Source: a virus. Taken from it: a stretch of 64,000 nt of DNA. Where the stretch lies: IMG/VR virus record IMGVR_UViG_3300045988_142718, one strand, 5' to 3'. The position numbers were made by a program, and so were the translations under genes. The notes under the pieces were generated by a model. It made no database searches, was not told the DNA's origin, and was given only the letters and a program-made list of their open reading frames with translations. Shown piece by piece: positions 44,637 to 53,145 of the stretch. How positions within the stretch are numbered: the first letter of the stretch is position 1; each line of letters begins with the position of its first letter.

Positions 44637-44968
44637 CTTTAATGGGCAACCCTTCCCCTCTCTTATTCATATAAGATTTTTCGATAAAGCCTATAAGGGA
44701 TTTCCTTCATTTCCCTTCTTCCTTTAGGATTGCCACAACTTTTTTCTGAAAACACAATAAGGGATTTCATTTAAATCTTTGAATTATATTACCCTTACAT
44801 ATCTTTTGTATTCATATTGGATTTTTATGATATGATTATTCGATGAGATGTTATCCTTTATTTCATTTGTTTATCCTTTATTGGGATTCAAGGTTTTTTA
44901 TCCCTTATGCTTTATCACATTAGGATTTTTATTTTTCATTTTATGTTTGTTTGTTTGGGGACTCTTAC

Positions 44969-45006
44969 AATAAAGGCCCAAGATAAAAATACCCCAGGCC
45001 TTTATT
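44969..45006. terminator. 10-bp hairpin downstream of the minus-strand fibre-like gene
   Basis: AATAAAGGCC / GGCCTTTATT with an 18-nt loop. Confidence 0.4.
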
Positions 45007-45026
45007 ATTAATCACTAAGGATTTTT

Positions 45027-45614
45027 TTAATCTACTGGGCTCTTTCCAGCTTTTAATACGTACCCAGTAAATGAAAAGTTATATCTACCAGTATTAACTG
45101 CAGTGATATTTACACTTTCAAGAAATAATACGTTTTCTACCCATGGGTATCCATTTTTCATACTGGTTGAACTACCGTATCCCGAAAAGTATGAAAATAA
45201 ATCTTCTGATAAATTATAAATACATAATCCATTATTGCCATCTATGGGCATAGCATATGTTACGATTACTACCAGATCACCTTTATGGAAGCTTTCATTG
45301 ATTTGATTTAAGGCTGATTGGATACTGTCTAAAGTGCAATTTACTTTTATGGAGACTGTGGATTTATTTGGAGCCATAACCATCTTTCTAGCGGTTTCAT
45401 TAGTATCCAACTGGGTACTGAAGATAGAACCTTTTCCTATTAATTCTTTGTACTTATCTCCAGATGGGATGCTTTCGATTCCCAATCTTAGGGCTTCAAA
45501 GGATGGCTGAGATCCTGGGTCTACCCCTTTATTTCTCAGAGCATCCCTTAAATTGGTTTTTGCTTGGTTGATGGATGATGTTAATGATTGGATCCTTTCT
45601 TTCAATGTAGGCAT
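45027..45614 (-). CDS. Fibre/receptor-binding-like protein sharing an N-terminal module with 45916-47112
   Basis: MPTLKERIQSLTSSINQAKTNLRDALRNKGVDPGSQPSFEALRLGIESIPSG aligns with the N-termini of two neighbouring ORFs. Confidence 0.4.
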   Translation of the reverse strand: MPTLKERIQSLTSSINQAKTNLRDALRNKGVDPGSQPSFEALRLGIESIPSGDKYKELIGKGSIFSTQLDTNETARKMVMAPNKSTVSIKVNCTLDSIQSALNQINESFHKGDLVVIVTYAMPIDGNNGLCIYNLSEDLFSYFSGYGSSTSMKNGYPWVENVLFLESVNITAVNTGRYNFSFTGYVLKAGKSPVD

Positions 45615-45687
45615 GATGTGTAGGGATTAAAATTAATGATGAATATTAAAAAGATTAATAATGTGTTTATACTATAAACACATTCGA

Positions 45688-45825
45688 TTACATCTCGTTA
45701 TTGTGAGATGAAGAAGTTTTTTTTTGGTTCTTTATTGATCCTTTATTTAATGATATGGATCTCAATAATGTTTTTGCATTACTGATTTGTGTAGTTAGAG
45801 CTTCAATTCTTGATTTGAGTGACAT
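45688..45825 (-). pseudogene. Orphan 45-aa fragment of the same N-terminal module
   Basis: MSLKSRIEALTTQISNAKTLLRS..., then a degenerate tail. Below the ORF-track cut-off; found by reading the minus strand. Confidence 0.4.
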
Positions 45826-45837
45826 ATTCGTGATGTA

Positions 45838-45877
45838 TTAAAGTTAATATTATAAGATTAAAGTTAATATTATAAGA
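45838..45877 (+). repeat. 20-bp tandem duplication (TTAAAGTTAATATTATAAGA x2)
   Basis: Exact; read directly from the sequence. Confidence 0.9.
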
Positions 45878-45896
45878 TAGTATCTTATAATATTAA
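45864..45896. promoter_or_regulatory. 33-bp perfect palindrome in a divergent intergenic region (operator or recombination-site candidate)
   Basis: TTAATATTATAAGATA-G-TATCTTATAATATTAA. Confidence 0.6.
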
Positions 45897-45915
45897 TCAC
45901 TAAGGCAATAATACA

Positions 45916-47112
45916 ATGAGTTTAACATCAAGAATTCAGGATCAAAAAGATCACATTACACAAGCAAAAAAAGATTTATGTTCGAAGGTTGGGATTCCCA
46001 GTGAACCCCTACCAAGTTTTTCAGAGATCATAGGCTCTGTTCCCTCTCCCACATTATCAGAAGGTATTATAAGATGGGATATCCCAGAAACTTACCAAGA
46101 GGGTATTGTTACATATTATTTCCAATCTTTTCAAAGGCCATGGATAAAGATTTGTGGACCAAATCAATTAATCACTGAGATAAATTATACCTCAAGTAAA
46201 AATCATTTTACATTAGAGGCAATACACAACTTAATAACTGGGAAGACAAAAACTAGAGTATCTCAACCTTCTCCAAGTGTAGGAGGGGTGGCTGATCCAA
46301 AACCATTCAGGTCATACCATAGTAAATATTATATGGAGATCTATGACCCAGATTCATTCGAAGTTCAATTGCATGTTTTGGATCATACTAAAGAAGTACC
46401 AGAAGTAGTACATAGAACAACTTACAGTAAGAACAGAGCTTTTTTAGGATATGCAGATGGAGTATTGGATGCTGAAGGAAACTTTTGGTTCTGGGATTGT
46501 AAGTTAGTTAGTGGTAACATGAACCTTTATTATTGGAGTGGAAAACTTAATGAGAATGGGGTTCCTACTTTTACAAACAATGGTACCAGATGGGAAAAGG
46601 TTTCTATAGCTACTTCTACTGGAGCATGGGACCCTCACCTTTATGTGGATTTCGATGAAAATAAGGATTTTCTTTATGTATTATCGGATAGATTTAATTA
46701 TAAATGGGATCACAAAACTAGCCAATTAATCTCCGATGGCTTTAGTACTAATTGGGTTGGACCAAGTGTTAATAAATATTGGGTTGGAATATTAAGAAAA
46801 ACAGATGAAACCAATAACAAGGATTATCATTACTGTTTTTTTCAAGATCCGACTAGCTATAAAGTACACTTACTGGCATGGGATGAAAATAGCCAAAGGT
46901 ATAAAAACTTTGGCCCCTTGTATTCAAATTATGTTGCTACAAGTAGTGATATAATCCAGTTTGGATTTTTCAATTATAATGGTAATATTTATATCATGTA
47001 TCAAGTTAAAGGAAAGGATGATACAACAGATTATAGGGCTACCTTTATATTGAATAACATTGGTCAAATCGATAAAATATTCCCAAAAGAGAAATATGGA
47101 ATAACACAATAA
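45916..47112 (+). CDS. Fibre/receptor-binding-like protein (shared N-terminal module, beta-rich C-terminal domain)
   Basis: MSLTSRIQDQKDHITQAKKDLCSKVGIPSEPLPSFSEIIGSVPSP. The C-terminal part is W/Y/N-rich. Confidence 0.4.
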   Translation: MSLTSRIQDQKDHITQAKKDLCSKVGIPSEPLPSFSEIIGSVPSPTLSEGIIRWDIPETYQEGIVTYYFQSFQRPWIKICGPNQLITEINYTSSKNHFTLEAIHNLITGKTKTRVSQPSPSVGGVADPKPFRSYHSKYYMEIYDPDSFEVQLHVLDHTKEVPEVVHRTTYSKNRAFLGYADGVLDAEGNFWFWDCKLVSGNMNLYYWSGKLNENGVPTFTNNGTRWEKVSIATSTGAWDPHLYVDFDENKDFLYVLSDRFNYKWDHKTSQLISDGFSTNWVGPSVNKYWVGILRKTDETNNKDYHYCFFQDPTSYKVHLLAWDENSQRYKNFGPLYSNYVATSSDIIQFGFFNYNGNIYIMYQVKGKDDTTDYRATFILNNIGQIDKIFPKEKYGITQ

Positions 47113-47153
47113 AAAATCCCTATCTACTTTCTCAAGCAAATAGGGATAAAAAA
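47110..47153. terminator. Bidirectional hairpin terminator between convergent genes
   Basis: ATCCCTAT (47116-47123) / ATAGGGAT (47140-47147), flanked by A-runs on both sides. Confidence 0.55.
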
Positions 47154-47235
47154 CCTGACCCATAAGAGTCCGCGATTACGTTTTTTTGATTACGCTGAAA
47201 AATCAATTCTCAATTTTAAAAACATTTACCAAAAC

Positions 47236-47655
47236 CTATTCGTTTATAGTTTCCTTCTGTAGACTTTCCAATAACTCATTCAATTTCATAGAGTAGCCAT
47301 CTAATTCTTCTGTAGAATATGAATTATTAGGGATTCCCTTTTTAAAGTTTTCTAGTGCACTCTGCAATTTAGAAGCAGTATTTCCTAAGCAATATTCTTT
47401 CCAAATTCTTTTAGATTCACTTCCATGAACCAATATTGTGAACTGGGTTCCCTTTAAATTCAAAGGGGTCAAAGATTTAATCTTTCGATCATATTTGGGA
47501 TTTACTGATATCCCATTCGAGAGTAGGGCAGAATTTTTATTTACATCGATTACCTTACAGAGTTCACAATGTGATGGGCCTTTGATTAAAACTTCTTGAT
47601 CTTTGGATAACAATTTGATGTTTTTATCCTCTTTTTTAACAGATTTCTTTTTCAT
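47236..47655 (-). CDS. Hypothetical protein
   Basis: 139-aa ORF. Confidence 0.5.
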   Translation of the reverse strand: MKKKSVKKEDKNIKLLSKDQEVLIKGPSHCELCKVIDVNKNSALLSNGISVNPKYDRKIKSLTPLNLKGTQFTILVHGSESKRIWKEYCLGNTASKLQSALENFKKGIPNNSYSTEELDGYSMKLNELLESLQKETINE

Positions 47656-47750
47656 GTGATTAATTTTTAATTGTGATATTGTATAGTAAACACATAATTT
47701 TACAGGGTATGAGCAATACTAATAGCATTTTTCATATACAAAATGGAGTG

Positions 47751-48284
47751 TTATAAATCTTTTAAATACCTTGAAAGGTTTTTTCTGGACCTCCCATCAA
47801 TTTTTGAAATGAAGACAGTGGAGAACCCCATTTGTTTAAGCAATCTTACCCAAAATATCTCAAATGTAGTAAATTTGGGCCCTGTTCTGGGAGTAATTTT
47901 ATAAACAATGTTATCTTTACCCGACTTAAATAAGGAACCACTCCGATTTTCAGCGACCATTTGTTGCATATTTTCAGACTGAGTTCCCCATTTTAGGTTT
48001 GAAAAATGGTTATTTTGAGGATTGTTGTCCAAGTGCATCACCAAAGGCTTATTTTCTGGATTTGGTATATGTGCTATAGCTACTAATCGGGAAACTTGGT
48101 ATTTATATACTTTTCCATTTTTACGTAACTGTACTCGTAAACGACCTTTGTGTGAAATCATAGGGTTAACTTTTCTCCAAAATTTAGCTTTACCCCTACC
48201 ATTTCTTGACCTTATTGTCCAAATAATTCCTTTTGGACTAACATAATACCCCCAAAATCCTGGTATATTGTCATGTTTTACCAT
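47751..48284 (-). CDS. Free-standing HNH homing endonuclease (NUMOD4 + HNH_3-like)
   Basis: PGFWGYYVSPKGIIWT...VSRLVAIAHIPNPENKPLVMHLDNNPQNNHFSNLKWGTQSEN. Paralogue of 19929-20510. Confidence 0.7.
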   Translation of the reverse strand: MVKHDNIPGFWGYYVSPKGIIWTIRSRNGRGKAKFWRKVNPMISHKGRLRVQLRKNGKVYKYQVSRLVAIAHIPNPENKPLVMHLDNNPQNNHFSNLKWGTQSENMQQMVAENRSGSLFKSGKDNIVYKITPRTGPKFTTFEIFWVRLLKQMGFSTVFISKIDGRSRKNLSRYLKDL

Positions 48285-48303
48285 AAAAAATAAGTATTAA
48301 GTT

Positions 48304-49338
48304 ATGAAAGTTTTTAATGTTATAGGAATTAGTTGTGGGCATATTGGGCTTCACCCTTTCCTAAATGAGAAAAGATTCAAAATATTAGCTAATATGGATA
48401 GTCGTAGTTGCTTCCACACACCAAAAGAGGAGCAATGGAAGGAGAATTATGGAAAAATCTCTTTTTATCGGAATCCTAAAAGCATATATGATCATGTGGG
48501 TACTCAGAAAGTACATGTGCTAATCTCTCACCCCGCCTGTGGAGGACAATCTATACTCAGAATCAGTAGAAAAAAGGATTTTAAATCTACCGAAGAGCAA
48601 AAGGCAGACCCTACAATGGTAAATTTTATCGAAAGTGTTCATCATTTTAAACCTCATGTATTTTTATTGGAAAATTTACCTAAATTACTAGAAGTAATCC
48701 CAGAAAATCAATGGGAAAATGAAATATTCCCAGATTATAACCTGGTTTTTCACAACCATTCAGTTTCAGAATGGGGCAATTCTCAAATATCAAGGAACAG
48801 ATTAGTAATAATAGGAGTAAAAAAGAGCTCTCTTTTATTCGAATTAGAGCAATTTCTTTTTGTTAAACAAATGAGAGCTCTTAAGACAACTCAAGATTTA
48901 TTATTTAATCTTCCAAAGAATGGTAATATAATTGAGGATTTGGGTAAAATCGTTTCAATGTTTCACCCAGACGATAAAAATAAAACCAAATTATCCCTGA
49001 AACAAGTACAAAGATTATGGACAAATGAATTCAAAGACGAGTGGAAATGGCCTTGGGTTAATTCTAAAGGGTCTAGAGGGACATTACCCGGTGTATATAG
49101 AAATAAACCGAATGGTTATCCAATGACCGCTAGGAAAGCGGATAGACAGTTTAAATGGAATGGTTTACCAATGTCTCCAAGAGAGCTTGCAAGGATAATG
49201 GGAATCCCTGATAAATTTAAAATTCACATCGAAGAAGATAGGAAAAATTATTGGATAAACAAGGGAAGGTTAATCGTTACTCAGACCTTCCCTTATGAAA
49301 TAGGATTATGGTTTAAAGAATGCCTATTAAACCGTTAA
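48304..49338 (+). CDS. Divergent DNA (cytosine-5)-methyltransferase-like protein
   Basis: HPACGGQS (motif IV-like, AC instead of PC), FLLENLPKLL (motif VI ENV-like), SQISRNRLVIIGV (motif VIII-like), MSPRELARIMGIPDKF. Confidence 0.5.
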   Translation: MKVFNVIGISCGHIGLHPFLNEKRFKILANMDSRSCFHTPKEEQWKENYGKISFYRNPKSIYDHVGTQKVHVLISHPACGGQSILRISRKKDFKSTEEQKADPTMVNFIESVHHFKPHVFLLENLPKLLEVIPENQWENEIFPDYNLVFHNHSVSEWGNSQISRNRLVIIGVKKSSLLFELEQFLFVKQMRALKTTQDLLFNLPKNGNIIEDLGKIVSMFHPDDKNKTKLSLKQVQRLWTNEFKDEWKWPWVNSKGSRGTLPGVYRNKPNGYPMTARKADRQFKWNGLPMSPRELARIMGIPDKFKIHIEEDRKNYWINKGRLIVTQTFPYEIGLWFKECLLNR

Positions 49339-49658
49339 TCTTTCCCTCTTCTAGCCTGGGATTCACGCTTTTTATTTTGATACTTTTTCCAAGCTAAGTT
49401 AAATTTGATAGCAAAGACTTTACTTTGCTTTCGAATTTTCTTAGCTTTCTCAATAGATTCAAGGATATCTGCTAAATCCTTGACATTGGTCCCCTGATTC
49501 ACTTCATTGAGATATTTTAATCTCAACTTTTCAACAATCATCGAAGATTTATAATAACTGATCCGATTACTGAGAAATTTAAAAAGGATCATGTTCTCTG
49601 CTAAAGTTAAGGGAGAATCCTTTTTCGATGTCCGAGATAAAATTGAAATTACATTCAT
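49335..49658 (-). CDS. Hypothetical basic protein
   Basis: 107-aa ORF, convergent with the methyltransferase-like gene. Confidence 0.45.
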   Translation of the reverse strand: MNVISILSRTSKKDSPLTLAENMILFKFLSNRISYYKSSMIVEKLRLKYLNEVNQGTNVKDLADILESIEKAKKIRKQSKVFAIKFNLAWKKYQNKKRESQARRGKD

Positions 49659-49715
49659 ATGATTAATTTTTAAAGTTTGCGAATTTCAATAGAACCGATA
49701 AAAATCCTTACGGTT

Positions 49716-49766
49716 CCTTGGTCTGGGATCTCCTATAATATATATAATACATATAGGATATTAAAG
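49716..49766 (+). promoter_or_regulatory. Composite element CCTTGGTCTGGGAT - AT-run - ATAGGAT upstream of the morphogenesis genes (candidate late promoter/regulatory site)
   Basis: Same architecture as 42331-42398 in the ORF-free region. Exact GGTCTGGGAT at 49720-49729. Confidence 0.3.
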
Positions 49767-49859
49767 TATCAGACTGTAATTATATACTTTGGTGAAATCA
49801 TAAAAACCCCCTAAAGAGGGTTTTTAGATTTCCTCTTTAAGGGAAGAGAGGTTTTTAGT

Positions 49860-50615
49860 ATGATAAGAAAAGGAAGGGATGCAAGGGAAGAAAAATTCGA
49901 ACCTAAAAATTATCACAATCCTATGAAACACAGAGATGAAATTTTTTCATGGGTCATGGCAATCCTAATTTTATTTTCAATGATTGGGGTTTCCTGGGTG
50001 ACCTATAAAATCACAAAACGAAAATTTAAAAAGGAATCATCGAATAATTTCGAAAACCAAAAAACAGACACAGTTTATATCCCAGAGATTTTTACAATCC
50101 CTGAACCTTTCGAAATTATTATGAATCCTTCAAAGGTTGAAATTTATCGAAAGGATACAACTTCAAAGTATAATGAATTTTCCCTTCGGGAAAAAGATTT
50201 GGTGTTGTTCACACCAAATCAATTAGACAGCTTGATTATTGATTTGAATTATTTGAAGAATCTTCCAATGAATCCAAAACTATTATCACTTGATTTGAAT
50301 CAAAACCAGTTGAGCTTGGGATTATCGGATATTAATGGGATCACGTCTAGAATATCTTATCCATTAAACCTTCAGAATTATTCCTATAGGTGGAATGGAA
50401 ATTCTTTAACAAGCAAAAAACAGCCAAATTTTAAATTTTATCCAACACTTGGATATCAATATCGAATTTTAAATAATTTTCATGACATTGATCTCAAGTT
50501 AAATTTCAAGACTAAGGGATTTAATTACGAACTTGGGCTAAACGGATTTTACTATCCCAAATTCAAGAGTGATCCTGGATGGGATATCACAATAGGTTTA
50601 ACCTATGATTTTTAA
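49860..50615 (+). CDS. Membrane-anchored beta-rich protein with an OMP-like C-terminal strand
   Basis: TM helix VMAILILFSMIGVSWVTY. C-terminus GWDITIGLTYDF ends in Phe, as in outer-membrane beta-barrels. Confidence 0.3.
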   Translation: MIRKGRDAREEKFEPKNYHNPMKHRDEIFSWVMAILILFSMIGVSWVTYKITKRKFKKESSNNFENQKTDTVYIPEIFTIPEPFEIIMNPSKVEIYRKDTTSKYNEFSLREKDLVLFTPNQLDSLIIDLNYLKNLPMNPKLLSLDLNQNQLSLGLSDINGITSRISYPLNLQNYSYRWNGNSLTSKKQPNFKFYPTLGYQYRILNNFHDIDLKLNFKTKGFNYELGLNGFYYPKFKSDPGWDITIGLTYDF

Positions 50616-50629
50616 AAGAAGAAAAGAAA

Positions 50630-53137
50630 ATGGCGAAAAAGGAAATAGATACCTCTCATCTGAATGCTCAACAATTTAGAGAATTGGTTCAAGTACAAAA
50701 GGATGTCTTTTACTTCTCAACATTTGCTTATGTGGTTCACCCAGTAAGAGGTAAAACAAGGTTCCTTTTATACCCATACCAAAAATCAGTACTGTATTGC
50801 TTCCTAAAACATCGATTTAATATCATCCTAAAATTCAGGCAAGCGGGGATCACAGAATTGATTTCTCTTTATTGCTTATGGCTAACGATGTATCACCCAA
50901 ACAAAAAGGTGAACATCATCTCCATCAAGGATTCTGTAGCAAAGAAGGTATTAAAGAAAATCAAATACATGTACAAGAATCTCCCAGAACACTTAAAAGT
51001 TCCCATCGTAAATGGTAGAATGGGAGAGCTGGGAACAGCCTGTATAACAGGCGATACCATGATCCTTGGTACTAAAACTGATTTCCCAATTCAATCCATA
51101 GCTCCATCTGAAAAGGGTTATTTAGATGTATCCGGTTTGAATATAAGGGTTCTTACAGAGAATGGTACTTTTGAAAGGATTATGAAAACTTTCAATAAGG
51201 GTAAGCTAAAAACTTACACAATTGTAAATGATCGCGGGTTAACCCTGAGATGTACTCCAAAACATAAATTATTAACTACCAAAGGTTGGAAAACTGTAGG
51301 AGAGATCCTTAAAAACAATCTAACAGTGATTTTTAAGGATACCAAAGAACTTGTAAACTTAGCTCCACCAAAGGTAGAGAAACCAGTTACGGAGGAGATA
51401 AGAGAAACTAACATACCCGGGTATTGGGTATCCAATCTTGGTAGGGTGTTTACTACTAAAACCAAGAAAGGTAAAGGTCACGGTAGGGATGGTATAAATC
51501 CCTATGGGACAGAACTAAGGGTAATGGTTACTATGGTTAATCGACATGAGAGGGTCAAATTAACATACAAAGGTTCTCGTCAAGTGTATTCTGTACATAG
51601 ATTGGTATGGGAAGCTTTTAAAGGACCTATCCCCGAAGGGATGATTATTGACCATATCAATGGTAATGGTTGTTGTAATTGGATAACTAACTTGCAAGTG
51701 ATAACCTATTCGGAGAATACCAGAAGGGCTTTTACTATGAATAGAGTCTTAAAACAGTCTGTTCGTCAAACAGAGACATTATCATATAAACAGATAGGTC
51801 GAGTAAAAGAGCTTTTAAAAAGGGATAAATACCTAAATAGAGAAATAGCCAAACGAGTAAGTGGTGGGGATAAAGACCTATTGGATCAGAAGAAAGTATC
51901 TCGTATCAGTAGGGGAAAAAATTGTAGTGATATATATATCAGTAAGATAACTAAGGTAGATACTACCCTAGAAACCATATATGACATGGAGGTAGAGAAT
52001 TACCATAGTTATATAACTACTAATGGGTATATAAATCACAATTCTACAATTGAATTTAATAATGGTTCTTTTATAGAATCCATCCCAACTTCGGAAGAAG
52101 CAGGACGTTCAGAATCCCTTTCTTTATTGGTAATCGATGAGGCTGCAATTGTAAGATGGGCTTCACAGATTTGGTCTGCAAGTTTCCCCACACTTTCCAC
52201 TGGTGGGAGTGCTATCCTAAATTCAACTCCCTATGGAATTTCTGGCTTCTATCATTCAAAATGGGTTGAAGCGATTACAGATTCTGATTCTCCTTTTCAC
52301 CCTATTCGATTATATTGGAAAATGCACCCCGAGCGAGATCAGAAATGGTACGATACAATGTCCAAAGCTTTGGGCCCAAGAAGAACTGCCCAAGAAATTG
52401 ATGGTGACTTCCTTTCTTCCGGTAGTACTGTATTTGATCTTACAGATATTAAGGCAATAGAAGATACCCTATCGGAATACCCAGTAATCGAAACAAGGTT
52501 TAATGGCCAGTTAAGAATCATGGATAAACCAAAACAAGGTGTAAGATACTTTATTGGTGCTGACGTTGCTACGGGACGTTCTAATGACTACTCAGCTTTT
52601 ACTTTGGGTGATTCTAATGGAGAAGAAGCTGCAGTATTTAAAGGGAGAATCCCAGTAGAGAAGTATGCTAAAATCTTGGGCAATCTGGGAAAAGAATTCA
52701 ATTGGGCAACAATTGCCCCTGAAACTAATGATATTGGTTTGGCAGTAACAACTTTACTTCAAATCGAAGGATATCCTCAATTGTATTATCATAAAAAGCT
52801 TCTCAAAAAGAAAGGAAAGTCAAGGCCAGAAGTAGAACAATATCCCGGATGGATAACCACATCTAAGAACCGATCCCTAATCATTGATGGATTGGAAGAA
52901 GATATCAGAAAAGATAACATTACAATTAAGGACCCATTTTTTGTTCAAGAGGCTTATACCTTTATCTATGATTCAATAGGCAGGCCAGTAGCAATGGGTA
53001 AACACAACAGAAACAATCAAACCTCAGACATTGACATGGATGAGGAAACCTATTCGGATGATAGTATTTTTGGTAAAGCAATATACAATCATGTGAGGAA
53101 GAATTACAAACCTTCATTGATAATTCAACCTAAATAA
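50630..53137 (+). CDS. terL: Terminase large subunit interrupted by an intein
   Basis: FRQAGITELISLY (terminase-type deviant Walker A) ... GELGTA | intein | STIEFNNGSF..SLLVIDEAAIV (Walker B). C-terminal nuclease-domain-sized region. About 501 aa after splicing. Confidence 0.75.
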   Translation: MAKKEIDTSHLNAQQFRELVQVQKDVFYFSTFAYVVHPVRGKTRFLLYPYQKSVLYCFLKHRFNIILKFRQAGITELISLYCLWLTMYHPNKKVNIISIKDSVAKKVLKKIKYMYKNLPEHLKVPIVNGRMGELGTACITGDTMILGTKTDFPIQSIAPSEKGYLDVSGLNIRVLTENGTFERIMKTFNKGKLKTYTIVNDRGLTLRCTPKHKLLTTKGWKTVGEILKNNLTVIFKDTKELVNLAPPKVEKPVTEEIRETNIPGYWVSNLGRVFTTKTKKGKGHGRDGINPYGTELRVMVTMVNRHERVKLTYKGSRQVYSVHRLVWEAFKGPIPEGMIIDHINGNGCCNWITNLQVITYSENTRRAFTMNRVLKQSVRQTETLSYKQIGRVKELLKRDKYLNREIAKRVSGGDKDLLDQKKVSRISRGKNCSDIYISKITKVDTTLETIYDMEVENYHSYITTNGYINHNSTIEFNNGSFIESIPTSEEAGRSESLSLLVIDEAAIVRWASQIWSASFPTLSTGGSAILNSTPYGISGFYHSKWVEAITDSDSPFHPIRLYWKMHPERDQKWYDTMSKALGPRRTAQEIDGDFLSSGSTVFDLTDIKAIEDTLSEYPVIETRFNGQLRIMDKPKQGVRYFIGADVATGRSNDYSAFTLGDSNGEEAAVFKGRIPVEKYAKILGNLGKEFNWATIAPETNDIGLAVTTLLQIEGYPQLYYHKKLLKKKGKSRPEVEQYPGWITTSKNRSLIIDGLEEDIRKDNITIKDPFFVQEAYTFIYDSIGRPVAMGKHNRNNQTSDIDMDEETYSDDSIFGKAIYNHVRKNYKPSLIIQPK
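51041..52042 (+). mobile_element. Intein (334 aa) carrying a NUMOD4/HNH_3-type endonuclease
   Basis: Starts CITGDTMILGT. Block B is RCTPKHKLLT. IPGYWVSNLGRVF...HRLVWEAFKGPIPEGMIIDHINGNGCCNWITNLQVITYSEN. Ends IYDMEVENYHSYITTNGYINHN followed by Ser+1. Confidence 0.75.
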
Positions 53138-53145
53138 CAAAATAT

